From Okamejei kenojei (Eukaryota), in NCBI GenBank assembly GCA_035221665.1, contig CM069162.1, forward strand, positions 26,784,001 to 26,848,000: a DNA stretch of 64,000 nt, given 5' to 3'. Below the pieces are notes generated by a model. The model did not search any database. It was not told the origin of the DNA and worked only from the letters and a program-made list of their open reading frames with translations. Shown one piece after another: positions 11,326 to 23,379 of this stretch (positions are counted from its first letter, which is position 1; each line of letters opens with the position of its first letter). The position numbers and the translations under genes were made by a program.

Positions 11326-11731
11326 CTAACATTAAGCCAATGAAGCCAATAAGCATCGCCATTCTGTTGTTGCTATTGGTGACCGTGTCACATTATCCTC
11401 GATGGGAAGGTTCGTGGAATGTGTTCGTGTCATTTGTATTCAATGACTGGGGTCTGTGTGAAATGAGACGCGGGTACAACTGTTGGCATTGTGGTAGGGG
11501 TGAGAGGACTTGGCTGGGCTACAGGAATGTTTGGAATGTCATGGTTTATGAAGATTATTATTCACAAAATGGGGGATTAAACATGTAATATTATGCCCAG
11601 CAACTCTTCCAGTTGTTTGGAGGTGGGATGTGCTACATCTCCACTGACTTTTCATTCTCAGGTGAGATTATTAAAGTGTTTCTTCCATGCCGTGGGCACC
11701 ACCCCCACAGAGCAACTATTACCATGGGTTA

Positions 11732-11998
11732 TGCCCCTGTCCCACTTAGGAAACCTGAACGGAAACCTCTGGAGACTTTGCGCCCCACCCAAGGTTTCCG
11801 TGCGGTTCCCGGAGGTCCCCGGAGGTTTTTGTCAGGTTCCCGGAGGTTTTTTCCATTTTTTGAAATAATCGCCGGAACGTAGAAGAAGCTGAAACCACTT
11901 TCGACCATTAGGGAGACTGACAAAAACCTCCGGGAACCGCACGGAAACCTTGGGTGGGGCGCAAAGTCTCCAGAGGTTTCCTAAGTGGGACAGGGGCA
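11732..11998. mobile_element. MITE-like non-autonomous DNA transposon with long terminal inverted repeats
   Basis: TGCCCCTGTCCCACTTAGGAAACCT...GCGGTTCCCGGAGGT is inverted to ACCTCCGGGAACCGC...AGGTTTCCTAAGTGGGACAGGGGCA; TA on both flanks. Confidence 0.8.
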
Positions 11999-12404
11999 TA
12001 ATTGTCATGGTGGATCTGAAGAGTTCTTTCTTTCTCTTACACTGCAACATCCCAAACCCCATCTGAACATTGATGTTGCCCATGAACTTTAGAATGGTTT
12101 CTAGTCGGGGTTGTTAGCAAGGTCATATTTTCTTTAGTTGCAGGTACACCTTAATAAACGTTTGCCTCACTTAAACTCATTTCACGGCGCTTATACGGGT
12201 ATGTGATGAATAAAACTGACTGATTGATATTTGCTCAGAAGACACTTTGCAACTGCTGTTCTGGTGAACATGCCCTGCCAGGTTGATGATGGCTGAAGCC
12301 AAGGCAACAGTCGTGAAAATAAGCCCCCAGCAATTTCGGATGGGATCTACTTCGGGTCAAAGTGGCGAAAGTCATTCCATTATTACAATTCAATTCCCCG
12401 CCTT

Positions 12405-12720
12405 CGGGCACGGAGTGGCGCAGCAGGTGGAGCTGCTGCTGCCTCACAGCGCCTGAGTCCCGGGTTTGATTTTGCCTGTGTGGAGTTTGCACGTTCTCCT
12501 TGTGGCCACGTAGGTTTCCTCTGAGTGCTCCGGTTTCCTCCCTCGTCCCAATGACGTGCGAGTTAATTGTCCTCTGTAAATCGCCCCCTGGCATGTATAA
12601 GAAGTGAGTGATACAGTTGGATAACATAGAACTAGTGTGAACTAGGGTGATCAATAGTCAGCGTGGACTCGGTGGGCCGAAGGAGATTGTTTCCATGCTG
12701 CATCTCTCAACTAAACCCTC
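12405..12720 (+). mobile_element. tRNA-derived SINE (V-SINE/HE1-like)
   Basis: GTGGCGCAGCAGG A-box-like head, CCCGGGTTTGAT B-box-like, TGTGTGGAGTTTGCACGTTCTCC V-domain, CR1-like tail GTGGGCCGAAGG. Confidence 0.7.
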
Positions 12721-13139
12721 GTCAGTCTATTCCATGCTGCATCTAAACCCTCGCCAGTCTATTCAGTCTGAAGAAGGTCCCGACCCTTCGCAGATTCTGC
12801 CTGGCCCGCTGAGTTCCTCCAGCACATTGTTTTTTTGGCCAGGATTCCAGCATCTGCAGTTCTTTGTGTCTCCAAATAACATTATTGCTTTATTCGACGG
12901 CAAATCACACAAACATGATATCGGAAACAACCCGGACATCCCAAATTTGTCCCCGAATCCCCCGGCACCACTCATCTCCCACCTCCCCTCTTGCCTCCAT
13001 TCGGTTCTGAGCCAATGTTGCCACACGAGCTTAAAAAGTACAGGCTATAGAAGCGTCCCATCCCCATCCTTCCTCATTCCCGTTCTTCTGGAAATGAAAA
13101 CGGTTCTTACCAACGAGAATACCTCTTACCCACGAGAGG

Positions 13140-13720
13140 TACAAGACATTGGCGGGGCCACGTTTGAGGTATTGTGTTAAGTTTTGGTCACTCTGTTTTG
13201 CTGGACTAGACTGCCCGCGTTACAGGGAGATTTGTGCAGGCTAGGGCTTTATAACATGAAGCGCAGGAGGACGAGGGCTGATCTTATGAAGGTGTATAAG
13301 ATCATCAGAGGAATAGATAAGGAATATGCACAGAGCCTTTTACCCAGAGTAGGGGAATTAAGGACCAGAGGACATCGGTTTAAGACGAGGGGCGAGAGAT
13401 TTAATAGGAAGCTGAGGGGCAACATTTTACTCAAAGTGTGGTAGGTCTATGGAACGAGCTGCCGGAGGAGGTAATTGAGGCAGGTACTATCACAATGTTT
13501 AAAAAAACATTTGGACCGGTACAAGGATAGGATAGGTTTAGAAGGATGTGGGCTAAAAGAATAACGGCCTGGCTCGCCTCAACGGAGCTGCAGGTCTAAA
13601 AGTCATAGGACAGAAGAAGAAGACTAAAAATATGCAGGTGGGATCAATGTAGATAGGGCATGTTGGTCGGCGTGGGCAAGTTGAGCCGACGGACCTGTTT
13701 CCACTCTGTATGACTCTCTA
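13140..13720 (+). mobile_element. CR1-clade LINE 3' fragment
   Basis: RRRTRADLMKVYKIIRGIDK...RTRGHRFK...ERFNRKLRGN translation; CR1 3'UTR-like end. Confidence 0.75.
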
Positions 13721-14654
13721 TGGGAATCGATCAATGTCTATATAAAGTAGTCTGGCCAAAATATTTCCTAGTTTGGATGTAATTTTTAAAAAAAATCAGG
13801 TCACAGGTGCCGAGTTGGATGATGTGAAGTTACCAATAAGTTTTTGTTTCTCCAGAAAAAACATTAGATACGATGAGGTCGAAAAGATGGCAAGAAGTCT
13901 GCGTTGCCCCCATTGCTGCAGATAACACACATTGACCCCGCATACTCCAACACCCCCGTTCAAATCTCCCAGCCAGACACCAGAATATTGCGCATTTATT
14001 TAAAATTAAGAACATTAAGATGCGACACAAACATAACCCACTATCAAACCGCTCAATTGGGCCGTGAACTAAAATCCACTGATATTAATTGAAGTAAACT
14101 TTATTCAATAGAAAAATAGAATTCTAAATAAAGTTTCTTTGAGTGTAGCGTTTGGTAGAATTATAATGAAGGGGAGCATGGGAGACTGCACAGAACATTG
14201 GTTATCAGCGCTGGCCATCCAATTATCCCCTGTCACGGAGCTGCAGTGTGAATCTACCAAGTTGTGACACAACTCCCGAGACATTCCAACGCGGCTCAGA
14301 CTTCCACTGTCAATTCTTTAAAAGGTTACAGCGACTGTACGGACTTCCATTGTCACAACTCAAAGTCATTCCACTTATGTGCCTGGTTTAATGAATCCTG
14401 GCGCGTCACCCAAACTCGGGTTATCGCACCATCGGCTTATCATCTCGCTAATGAGCCTGGTTTAAATCGCCCTTGCTGGTTCAAAGCCACATGAGTAAAT
14501 CGCACACTTATTGAGTCTGAAGAAGGGTCCCCCACCCGAAATGTCACCTATCCATGTCCTCCAGAGATGGTGCCTGGCCCACCGAGTTACTCCAACACTT
14601 TGTGTAATACACAAACTTCATATAGACGATGGAGCGTATTGAAAGAAAGAGTGA

Positions 14655-14831
14655 TTGAGAAGGAACTGCAGTTGCTGGAAAATCGAAGGTAGACAAAAGT
14701 GCTGGAGAAACTCAGCGGGTGCAACAGCATGAAGTCCGAAGAAGGGGTTCTGCCCGAAACTTAGCCTATTCCCTTCGCTCCATAGATGCTGTTGCACCCG
14801 CTGAGTTTCTCCAGCACGTTTGTCTACCTTC
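14655..14831. mobile_element. Palindromic Penelope-derived element with 14-bp TSD
   Basis: Inverted arms GAAGGTAGACAAAAGTGCTGGAGAAACTCAGCGGGTGCA; TSD GAAAGAAAGAGTGA at 14641-14654 and 14832-14845. Confidence 0.75.
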
Positions 14832-16135
14832 GAAAGAAAGAGTGAGTCTGATTGGTACATGATTTTCACAACCGTGGTGTATCCCAAAGAGCATCACGAT
14901 CATTTGTTTGTATTTTCTATCCGTGGCACTTGTAAATACAGACAGGTCAAATCCATACCGAAAACATATTAACGTGGTTCACCAGACTGCAGATGTTGGG
15001 ATTTGGAGCAAAAAGAAAGGAGAAAACTGCTGGAAGACCAAGTGAAGGGTCCCCTGAAATGTCGATTTCTCCCTCCACTGATACTACTTGACCTACTGAG
15101 TCCATCCACCAGCTCTCCTTTTAGTTACTATGTTACACATGTTGACACTATCCACTGTCCCTGTTAGTCCAGATGCCAAATAACATGCCGGGGCGGAGGG
15201 AATTTGATTACGACCAATCATTCCCGATCGCTGGTTAAATAAAAATGTTTTTCTTGTGCTGTGTGAAGGGGGTAAAAAGTTCATGCGATAGGAGCAGAAT
15301 CAGGTCTACTTCGCCATTCAATCATGGCTGATCTATCTTTCCCTCTTAACCCCATTCTCCTGCTTTCTCTCCATAGCCCCTGCCACGCGTACTAATCCAG
15401 AATCGATCTATCTCTGCCTTAAAAATATCAATTGACGGTCTCCACAGCCTTCTGTGGCAATGGATTCCACAGGTTCACCACCCTCTGACTAAAGAGCCCG
15501 TCACGCGTTGAATTTCTGTGACATCTGTCCCAACTGTTCCTACTACTACACCTGAACGCGGAAAGTGCCGATTTTACACTTTGAACGAGCCTAAAGGTTG
15601 AGCATTACTAATGCCTGAGCATAGACAGTGGGCAAAGTTAGCTGATAGTGGGGAATTCCGAGCATGTTGCATTACAATGTAAGAGATACTGGATCCACTA
15701 GTGACTAATTGCTGCCTACCTTGTAAGTATTTTGTATTATGAAAACAGCTCAGGTATGTCGAGTTAATTCAACTCCCGAGTAACTTCTCTTAATGAACAA
15801 CAAAAAATGTCCCTGTGGTAATCGGCGGTCAGGTGAGCATTGAGCCAAGCAATGCGTTCACTTCGACTCACATTTGTCAGGACAGCCCAAAGATCTGGCA
15901 TTCGCTTGTCCACGATACTCAAAGTGAATTGATTTTAAAGTCTGCTTAAAATGACAATGCTCGCACCTCAGATGGCATCAACTGGCATCGCCACATAAAC
16001 TAACTCACGTTCATACCATTTCAACTAATGGCAAATGGAAATGTTACCACATTTTCTCTCAGAGAAGTGACGGGGGGGGGGGGGGGGGGGGGGGTGAAGC
16101 TTTATTAATAACCAGGGTGGTAATTCGCGGTGGGA

Positions 16136-16161
16136 TGACGTCAGCCAGGAGAGCAATAAAA
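16136..16161 (+). promoter_or_regulatory. Proximal promoter of CNP gene: CRE + TATA-like AATAAAA
   Basis: TGACGTCA 16136-16143 and AATAAAA 16155-16161, about 90 nt upstream of ATG 16251; aligns with 3082-3106. Confidence 0.7.
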
Positions 16162-16250
16162 GGGACCGAGTCTCAGCACAGAACCAGAGCAAAGAGACAG
16201 CGAGCGGAGAGTTTGAAGCGCCGAGATCCAATCCAATCAGAAGCTCAGAG

Positions 16251-16340
16251 ATGAGCGGAAACGTGAACTTCTACTGCGGACTCTTGCTTCTGCTCCTCTT
16301 CCAGGTTCACGGCAGACCCAGATCCGATGACAGTCTACAG
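16251..16340 (+). CDS. NPPC: CNP coding exon 1
   Basis: 90 nt; CAG/GTAAGA donor at 16341. Confidence 0.93.
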
Positions 16341-17410
16341 GTAAGATGTCCAACAGTATCTAGGGAACAACAGAGCAAACCAAACTCTGGCCATTGAATC
16401 AGTTCCAATGGCTACAGCGGTCTAGACCTCTCCGTAATGGGCGATCCGTGAGATTGGACAAAGCGAGGCCAGTGATGTATTTCGTGCCTCACTGACTGTT
16501 GGTGACTAGGTAAAAAACGCCACATTTCAACTGTTGGTCTTGTGCGAGTGAGATTTCGGCAAATCCCTTTCCTATGAACGGAACCGTCTCTCGTAGTAGT
16601 GGTCGAGCAGACAGCAATCGTGAACCGATTTCTAGTTAGGAACTGGTGCTTAGGGGGTCGCTTCACACCTAATGAATCGCGACTGAGTTAATCGGCGTTT
16701 CAGTGATTTCCAGGTTTTGGAAACTTCAGCTACCTCTCCAGGTAGACGCCATACTTGATATAAATTCCAAGACAAGTCGCAATAGCTTTCCCCTGAGATG
16801 GGTAAAGTTTAACGGAGATGTGCGGTGTAAGTTTTTTTAATACAGAGGGTGGTGGGTTGCTGGGACCCGCGGTCAGGGGCGGTGGTGGAGGTAGGTATGA
16901 TAGTGGTGTTTAAGAGGCACGAAGATGTGCGGAAAATGAGGGATATGTATAACATGCAGGCAGAGGAGATTAGTTTAACTTGGCATCATACGCGGCACAG
17001 GCATTGTGGCCAAATGACATGTTTCTGTTCAGTTTTATATTCAACGCGTACAGTGAACAATTAAATCCGGCCTCTCAATCCTTCCTGTTTTCTCTTGTTC
17101 CCAGGCTCTGACCAGACTGCTGGAAGATGAATACGGTCACTACTTCACCTCCGAGGACCTGAATAATGAAGCACCCGAGACACCGCCAGCCGCGTCCCTG
17201 TCCGATCTCAACGCTGACCAGTCCGATTTGGATCTCCCCTGGGACCGCGAATCCCGGGAGATTGCCAGCCGCCCCATCCTCGCACGAATCCTCCAAGACA
17301 TCAGCAGCAACCCCCTCCGATTTCGAGGCAGAAGCAAAAAGGGACCATCTCGGGGCTGCTTTGGAGTGAAACTGGATCGAATCGGGGCCATGAGCGGCCT
17401 GGGCTGTTAG
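16251..17410 (+). CDS. NPPC: C-type natriuretic peptide precursor, classical elasmobranch CNP (CNP3 lineage by synteny; 131 aa); coding exons 16251-16340 and 17105-17410
   Basis: [30 protein letters not shown] + [25 protein letters not shown]...[28 protein letters not shown]-stop. Closely resembles known shark prepro-CNP; canonical GT/AG. Confidence 0.97.
17105..17410 (+). CDS. NPPC: CNP coding exon 2
   Basis: Polypyrimidine tract + CCAG acceptor ends 17104; TAG ends 17410; donor AG/GTAAGT at 17425, 14 nt after the stop. Confidence 0.96.
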   Translation, partial: ALTRLLEDEYGHYFTSEDLNNEAPETPPAASLSDLNADQSDLDLPWDRESREIASRPILARILQDISSNPLRFRGRSKKGPSRGCFGVKLDRIGAMSGLGC

Positions 17411-17934
17411 CGACTTGCGTAGAGGTAAGTGGGGCACTGCGAGATATCCTCGGGAAGCATGTCGCCAATTGGGAAAGCAAATATACGCCGTTCAGTGTAA
17501 ATAAGTTGGCTGTTTTCCGGCTACAGCGGGAAAGGATCGCTTAAATTATTTAACTTGAACTGCAGCTCTTTAGTAATGTACAACTGGTTTACGAAAGAGT
17601 GTGCCGCTCTCGTCTCATTTGAAGGGCATTCAATCAATGAATTTTCAGTAAATAATCACAATTTATTCCCCACAATTCGGAGCAAAACATTGCAAACCTA
17701 CCTTAAACTTCCATTTCAGCACCTTGGACACATCCCTTCAGCCTGTCCGACCCCCGTTTCCCGCTTCCCACCCACGATCACCACCGCCCATTCCCTCATA
17801 TCCTCTCCTAACGCATCGCCTGATTACTTTTAATTCGTAAATATTCTTTACCTGAAGGATAGAAGCCCTGGCAAAACAACCTCCATTAAAAGTAACACTT
17901 TCTTGAACCGCCTGCTACCTACTACTAATCCTAC

Positions 17935-17939
<5 letters not shown>

Positions 17940-17982
<43 letters not shown>
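17940..17982. repeat. (CT)n microsatellite in CNP intron 2
   Basis: About 21 perfect CT units. Confidence 0.95.
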
Positions 17983-17984
<2 letters not shown>

Positions 17985-18125
17985 TCGTACAATCTGCTTA
18001 TTATTGCTATCCTTAATGACATAACCAGTTCCCTCTCACTTAGTGTAGATACAAGAAACTTTAAATGCTGACTTTTAGTGGGAAAGAAAGCTTATCCCAG
18101 TGAATCCCATCACCTATTAACACAA

Positions 18126-18324
18126 GACAAAAAATACTGGAGAAACTCAGCGGGTGAGGCAGCATCTATGGAGCGAAGGAATGGGTGACGTTTCGGGTCT
18201 GAAGAAGTGTCTAGACCCCAAACGTCACCTATCCCTTCGCTCCATGGACGCTGCCACACACGCTGAGTTTTTCCAGCATTTTTGTCTACCTTCGATTGTT
18301 CCAGCATCTGCAGTTCCTTCTTAA
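18126..18324. mobile_element. Palindromic Penelope-derived element in CNP intron 2
   Basis: Inverted arms around GTCTGAAGAAGTGTCTAGACCCCAAACGTC; imperfect TSD ACCTATTAA(C/T)ACAA. Confidence 0.7.
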
Positions 18325-18446
18325 ACCTATTAATACAAAGTTGCTAAATCAATATTAGTATGGTGCGTGTTAATTCCTATGTTAGATTTGTACTGTGGGC
18401 ATTGGCTCCTTAACTCACACAGTTGACTTTTCTCTCCCATTCCCAG

Positions 18447-18835
18447 GGTCTGACTCCAAGAGCAACACTGCCGGCACCGCCTGCTCATCAATCTCCCCGC
18501 ATTCAGTTCACTCTTCCGACCTTTTGCTCCACTATCTCCGACCGATGGCGAGTAGCTTCCCACCTGTAGACTGTTTACAAGCTGGGATTTAATCCTTAAT
18601 GTACATACAGTGTCAGCTGCTATTTAAACAATATTTAATTCTATTTATATTAATTATGAAACTATTTATTTGTAACGTGTTTGATTTTCTGTTGCTATGG
18701 CACTGACGGTCAGTCACTTGCTGCGAGCTCTGGTGCAGATTAAACAAAGCCATCAGTTGAGTTGTTCGTTTCAGTCAATGTTGACACAGTGTGCGTGGAA
18801 CCCATTGCAGAATAAAATTTAAAGGAAACTTGCTC
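18447..18835 (+). other. NPPC: Non-coding exon 3 (3'UTR) of CNP gene
   Basis: Acceptor TTTTCTCTCCCATTCCCAG ends 18446; ATTTA clusters; AATAAA 18811-18816. End position is approximate. Confidence 0.75.
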
Positions 18836-19629
18836 TTGGATTATTTTTAGTCTGTCATTTCAAGTGCTTAACCTCCTCAGGATTCCGTTTCAGATTATTT
18901 CACACTTTTGCCTTTTCGTCAATTGTAAATGTCAGCACCTTGGCATTACATTTCCTGCCACTTTAGTTCACAAAGTAAAGCTGTGAGACAAAGTGCTGGA
19001 GTAACTCGGCGGGCCAGGCAGCATGGGTGGAGGAATGGATAGGGGACGTTTTGCGTTGTGACTGAAGCTACTGGGTTCCTTACTCAAGGCCCGACCCGCG
19101 GGGTCCATCCGGCTTGTTACCTCGCCAAATGCGCGGGCAACTGCGGGCCGGGCCTGCAAAGGGGAGCGCTGGACCGGTTGGGAGGGAGAGCTCTGCTCCT
19201 GCCCCGGGAGAAGGCTCCGACCCCGACACCGAGAGGACATGGGCTGCGGGCCGGGCTCGCAGGGAGGAGCCAGCCCCACGACGTGTCCATGAATGAGTCC
19301 CAGAACATGATGAATGGTTGTCCACTTTGCTTTGTACCTTCTGACCCTTGGTCACAAGTCCTGGACGTTACCGACGCCCCGGACTCAAGGCGCCCACTGA
19401 CCAGACACCGGCCTCACTTCGCACAGCTGCCGGCCACACGGCCCCGCGGCCCCGCCCGCGAACCCGAGCCCATCGTGTTTCCCGCCTCCCAGTCACCTTT
19501 TGATTCCCACCAACATCTCTGCAAATCCTCTGCTCGATTCCCACTGACTGTGGTGCAACAGGCCGTTGTGCAGCGAGTCATAACCACATCGCCATATAAA
19601 GCTGGACCATTAAAATAAAATGCTCTCGG

Positions 19630-19920
19630 CCTCCGCCAGTTGGTGGAGCCGTTGCCTCACAGCGCCAGAGACCCGGGGTCGATCCGGACTGACCTCGGTC
19701 GCTGTCGGTGTGGAGTTTGTACTTTCTCCCTGTGACAGCGTGGGTTTCCTCCCACATCCCAAAGACGGGCGAGTTTGCAGGTTAATTGGCTTCGGTAAAT
19801 TGCTCCATGGAGTGGATAAGAAAGCGGGAGAACCTAAAACTACTGTGAGCAGGTGATCGATGGTCAGCGTGGACTCGGTGGGTCGAAGGGCCCGTTTCCG
19901 GTCTGCATCGTTCAATCAGT
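19630..19920 (+). mobile_element. tRNA-derived SINE (V-SINE/HE1-like)
   Basis: GCCTCACAGCGCCAGAGACCCGGGGTCGATCC...GTGTGGAGTTTGTAC...GTGGGTTTCCTCCCACATCCCAAAGAC; same family as 12405. Confidence 0.7.
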
Positions 19921-19959
19921 CAAGTCCAGCCAACATCTGTTGAACATCGCACGTCTGCC

Positions 19960-21000
19960 AACTGTGGTGGCCAATACTGAAAGCAATATTCATACATAGC
20001 TTACACTATATTCCATAATAACGGTGTCTTACATTTTTGGCCCCAGCCAGTGAAGCTAACATCTCAGTTGCCTTATTCAACACCCAATCTACATTTGCTG
20101 TAACTTTCCTGAACTTGCTCATTAAGGTCCCCTCTGTTCCTCAATGCTCCTAAGATTTTACTATTAATTTATGCATACCTTGCCATTACTAATCCTTCCC
20201 AAAGGATTACATTTGTATCCACCTTTAAAGATATATCAACTGCCTCTTGCAACAATGATCCTGGTCGCTATTATATCAACACCACCAATTTTTTTTATCT
20301 CCTCAGCACCTTCAATTTAATACAAATGTACAAAACATACATAAAAAAATCAGAATTGAATGTAAAAGCATATTCCTGTGGTACACCACTGGCAACAGGC
20401 TTCCCATCACCAAGTCAATTTTGTATCCAATTTACCAACTTGCTCTGGACCACATGGTCTTTAACCTTTTGTACCAGTCTTTAATCGTGGACTTTGTGAA
20501 AGGGGCCCTATGAATTCCATGTGAGTTATAACAGCACTGATTTCATCAAGACATTTATTACGTCAAATTGAGCAAACAATTTGACTGCCCTAACAAAGTC
20601 AGGCTATCATTGATGAAACCCTGTCTTTCCCAGCGTGGACTAATCCTACCCATCAGTAATTCATCAACTACTTATTTTGGCAGTGAGTTCCATGTACCCA
20701 CCATCCTCTGTGAATCTTTCCCCTCATTAAATCAATGCCCTTGGTTCTTGATTATCCTCCTCTGGAAAAAAAAGTGTGCACTCACTATTTATTCCCCTCA
20801 TGATTTTGTACACCTCTATAACATCACCCTTTACCCTCCTGCACTCCAAGGAATAAAGTCCTAGCCTGTCCAGCTTTTCCCACTAGCTCATATCCTCAAT
20901 CTTCTTAAATGATCTCTGTAATCTTTACAGCTTCATGGCATCTTTCCGACAGCAGGGTGACCAAAACTGAAGACAACACTCCAACTTCAGCCCCACTACT
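19960..21000 (-). mobile_element. Degenerate CR1-like LINE fragments
   Basis: TCCAAGGAATAAAGTCCTAGCCTG and CAGGGTGACCAAAACTG segments shared with the other minus-strand CR1 pieces (23380-24290, 49200-49820). Confidence 0.5.
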
Positions 21001-23379
21001 CTGAGTGCTGTCATTTGAAGAGAGCAGAAATATGGTGTTCAAACCAAGACTGGATCAGCCCCGATCTTAAGGAATGGTGGAGCCGGCTCAAGGAACTACC
21101 ATGTGTACTTCTGCTGAGTTCTTAACATATTTACAAATGGCTTGGATGAAGAAATAGAGTTGTATATTCATCTTTGCAGGTTGCACTTTTTAACAGTAAT
21201 AAAGAAGGAGTTGCATACAAGTCAGAGTACATAAGAATAACAGACTGGCTTCCAAAGGACACGAGTGAACAAGGTTTGTTTTTTAATTAATAACCCACTA
21301 GTTTTGTAGATTCCAGATTAACTGAATTTAGATTGAAAGTTCACCATGGTGGGTATTGGATGTCTGATTCTCAATCCAGTCGTCCGTATTACGAGCCTGG
21401 CAAATTAAGGAAAATGTTTAAAAGAGAACATGGGATTCTGGGTGTCATAAATGTAGGTAGAGCTCATGAGCAAAGTCAACATGAGCCTTCACCAACTACT
21501 AATTTAACCAGAATTGGAGATGTTTTTTGCAATCTTCTGAACTCCAAGAGCAATCATGTAGAGTTTATGCTATTTGTACGGTCCAAGGAACTAGAGTATC
21601 TAGAAATCCCTATAACATCCACTCAATACTTCAGAAATCCTCGATGTGTGGAAAATAAAAATTCTGAACCGACACCCCCAACACCACAAATGGGAATGTT
21701 TTATTTTACTGTCACCTAATCTTAAAAATAAAAGATACGATCAGAACATTTAAAAACATGGAATAAAAAAAAAGAGAATTACATTAGACTTCAGAAGCAT
21801 TCTGATGTGAAACAATTAATGCATAAAATAATAAGTGCAAACACAACAATATAATATTCTGGTGGCAGCAACTTAATATCCATCATTCTGAGTATTCAAG
21901 GCTTTACAGATAATTGTAACATGGGTAGAGTAAGGAACCCAGGGCTGCCTTACTCACCAGGAAGTCATTTTTTGCATTCTTTGAAATGCTGCAAACCTGA
22001 AGATTCAGGAACCGTTTTCAGCCATTGCAAATGTTAATGAATTACTGGAACCTGGCATGAAGACACATTCGATTCCAGTGCTACGTGGTAAGTGAATGGA
22101 TGGAGGGTAGGTGATGCCGTCAATGGGGGCAACAGTTAGACAATCCAAAGTTATGCTGCAACTTTGGGTGTCTGTGAAAATTAGGGGGATTTTGTGGAGG
22201 GGTGTTGTAACTAGGTGCTGACATGACAAATCTATAGAAAGTAGATCCAGCCTAATTTAAGCATCTCAAAACAGTGTTAAAAATAAAGTTATTCTCTGGC
22301 TCAGAAACCAGGCTGGGATTCACCCAAATAACCCAGGTTCCAAGCAGGACACTGGTATTCTACATTGCCCCATATCAAAAAACAGAACTGCTTTGTAATA
22401 AGCAGCAGTAATCATCCGGACCCATTATTAATGATATTTTGCTTTTGATTCTTGCAGATGGCCCAAAGCTCACACACCATAAGTATATCTGAAACATGAA
22501 AATGTAAATACTGTTGGTACCAATGGCTATTTTTACACGGTACAGATCCCATAAGGACCACACAATAAACTTGTATCAAAATGATGATAGGTGACAATCA
22601 TGTCAGATTAAGTGCAATGAACATACTGAAAATAAAACTTAAGACTTCTAATAAAAACACATAAAGGTCCCAAATTACTATTAAATTTCTATAATCAAAG
22701 ACAAAAAAACCCTATTTAAAAAAAACAGAATTTAAAAAGGAATTGAGAACAATAACCTTTGTGTGGCATCTCAAATTTTCCCTTTCATTTTATGATCCAG
22801 CAGCTCAGAGGTTTCCTTTGTGTGGTTTAACCTTTCATTGGTCCAGTTAATTTTTCAATTGGCATTGTCTTTCAGTTGTAGAAAACAGAAGAATAGCCCT
22901 GCCTCGATACTCTCGCAAACCTCACTTCCCTTAAACTAATGGAGGTGATTGTGGAGGCTCAGCTCAAACAGTAGCACCAGCCAAGACAGAGTGGCAGAGA
23001 TGGTCGAAGCACTAGCTTCCTTCACACAAAACATCAACCAGCAGCTCCCTTTTCTCACTTATTTCCAGCAATTTTAGTTGTATTATTTAGCACATTAACA
23101 GTTAATTTATCTTCCATCACCTTAGCCCCTCTTCTCCTTCACGGCAAAGGAGAACTCTGTTACAATTACAACTATAACCAAAAATAATAAATTAATTCCA
23201 ATGTAGTGCTAAAATGCAAGACTTTACTTGCATGTATTATGTTATAACTTGATGTCCAGCTCCACCAACTGCTTGACCATGGAAATTACAGTAATCTGTC
23301 ATGGTAACTAACAAAATAAATTTATCCGACCACAATTTTAATATATTAAAATCATGAGGCCCTTTGGCCAAACACATCC

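Noticed and set aside
5900-16000. A third NP gene or pseudogene between the two copies (also checked 18850-26800)
   Set aside because: No CFGxxxDRI...GC ring or signal-peptide exon found by eye or in the ORF track. A heavily decayed copy cannot be excluded without tBLASTn.
16072-16094. Poly-G tract as a functional G-quadruplex in the CNP promoter
   Set aside because: Similar homopolymers are scattered through the window (2602, 3687, 40607, 54092), and it is absent from the paralogous promoter.
19058-19618. 186-aa ORF
   Set aside because: GTG start, low-complexity Pro/Arg/Gly content expected from GC-rich DNA, overlapping ORFs in several frames, no recognizable domain.
19071-21942. 15-bp inverted match CTGGGTTCCTTACTC / GAGTAAGGAACCCAG as transposon TIRs
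   Set aside because: No TSD, does not extend, and a match of this length is expected by chance in 64 kb.
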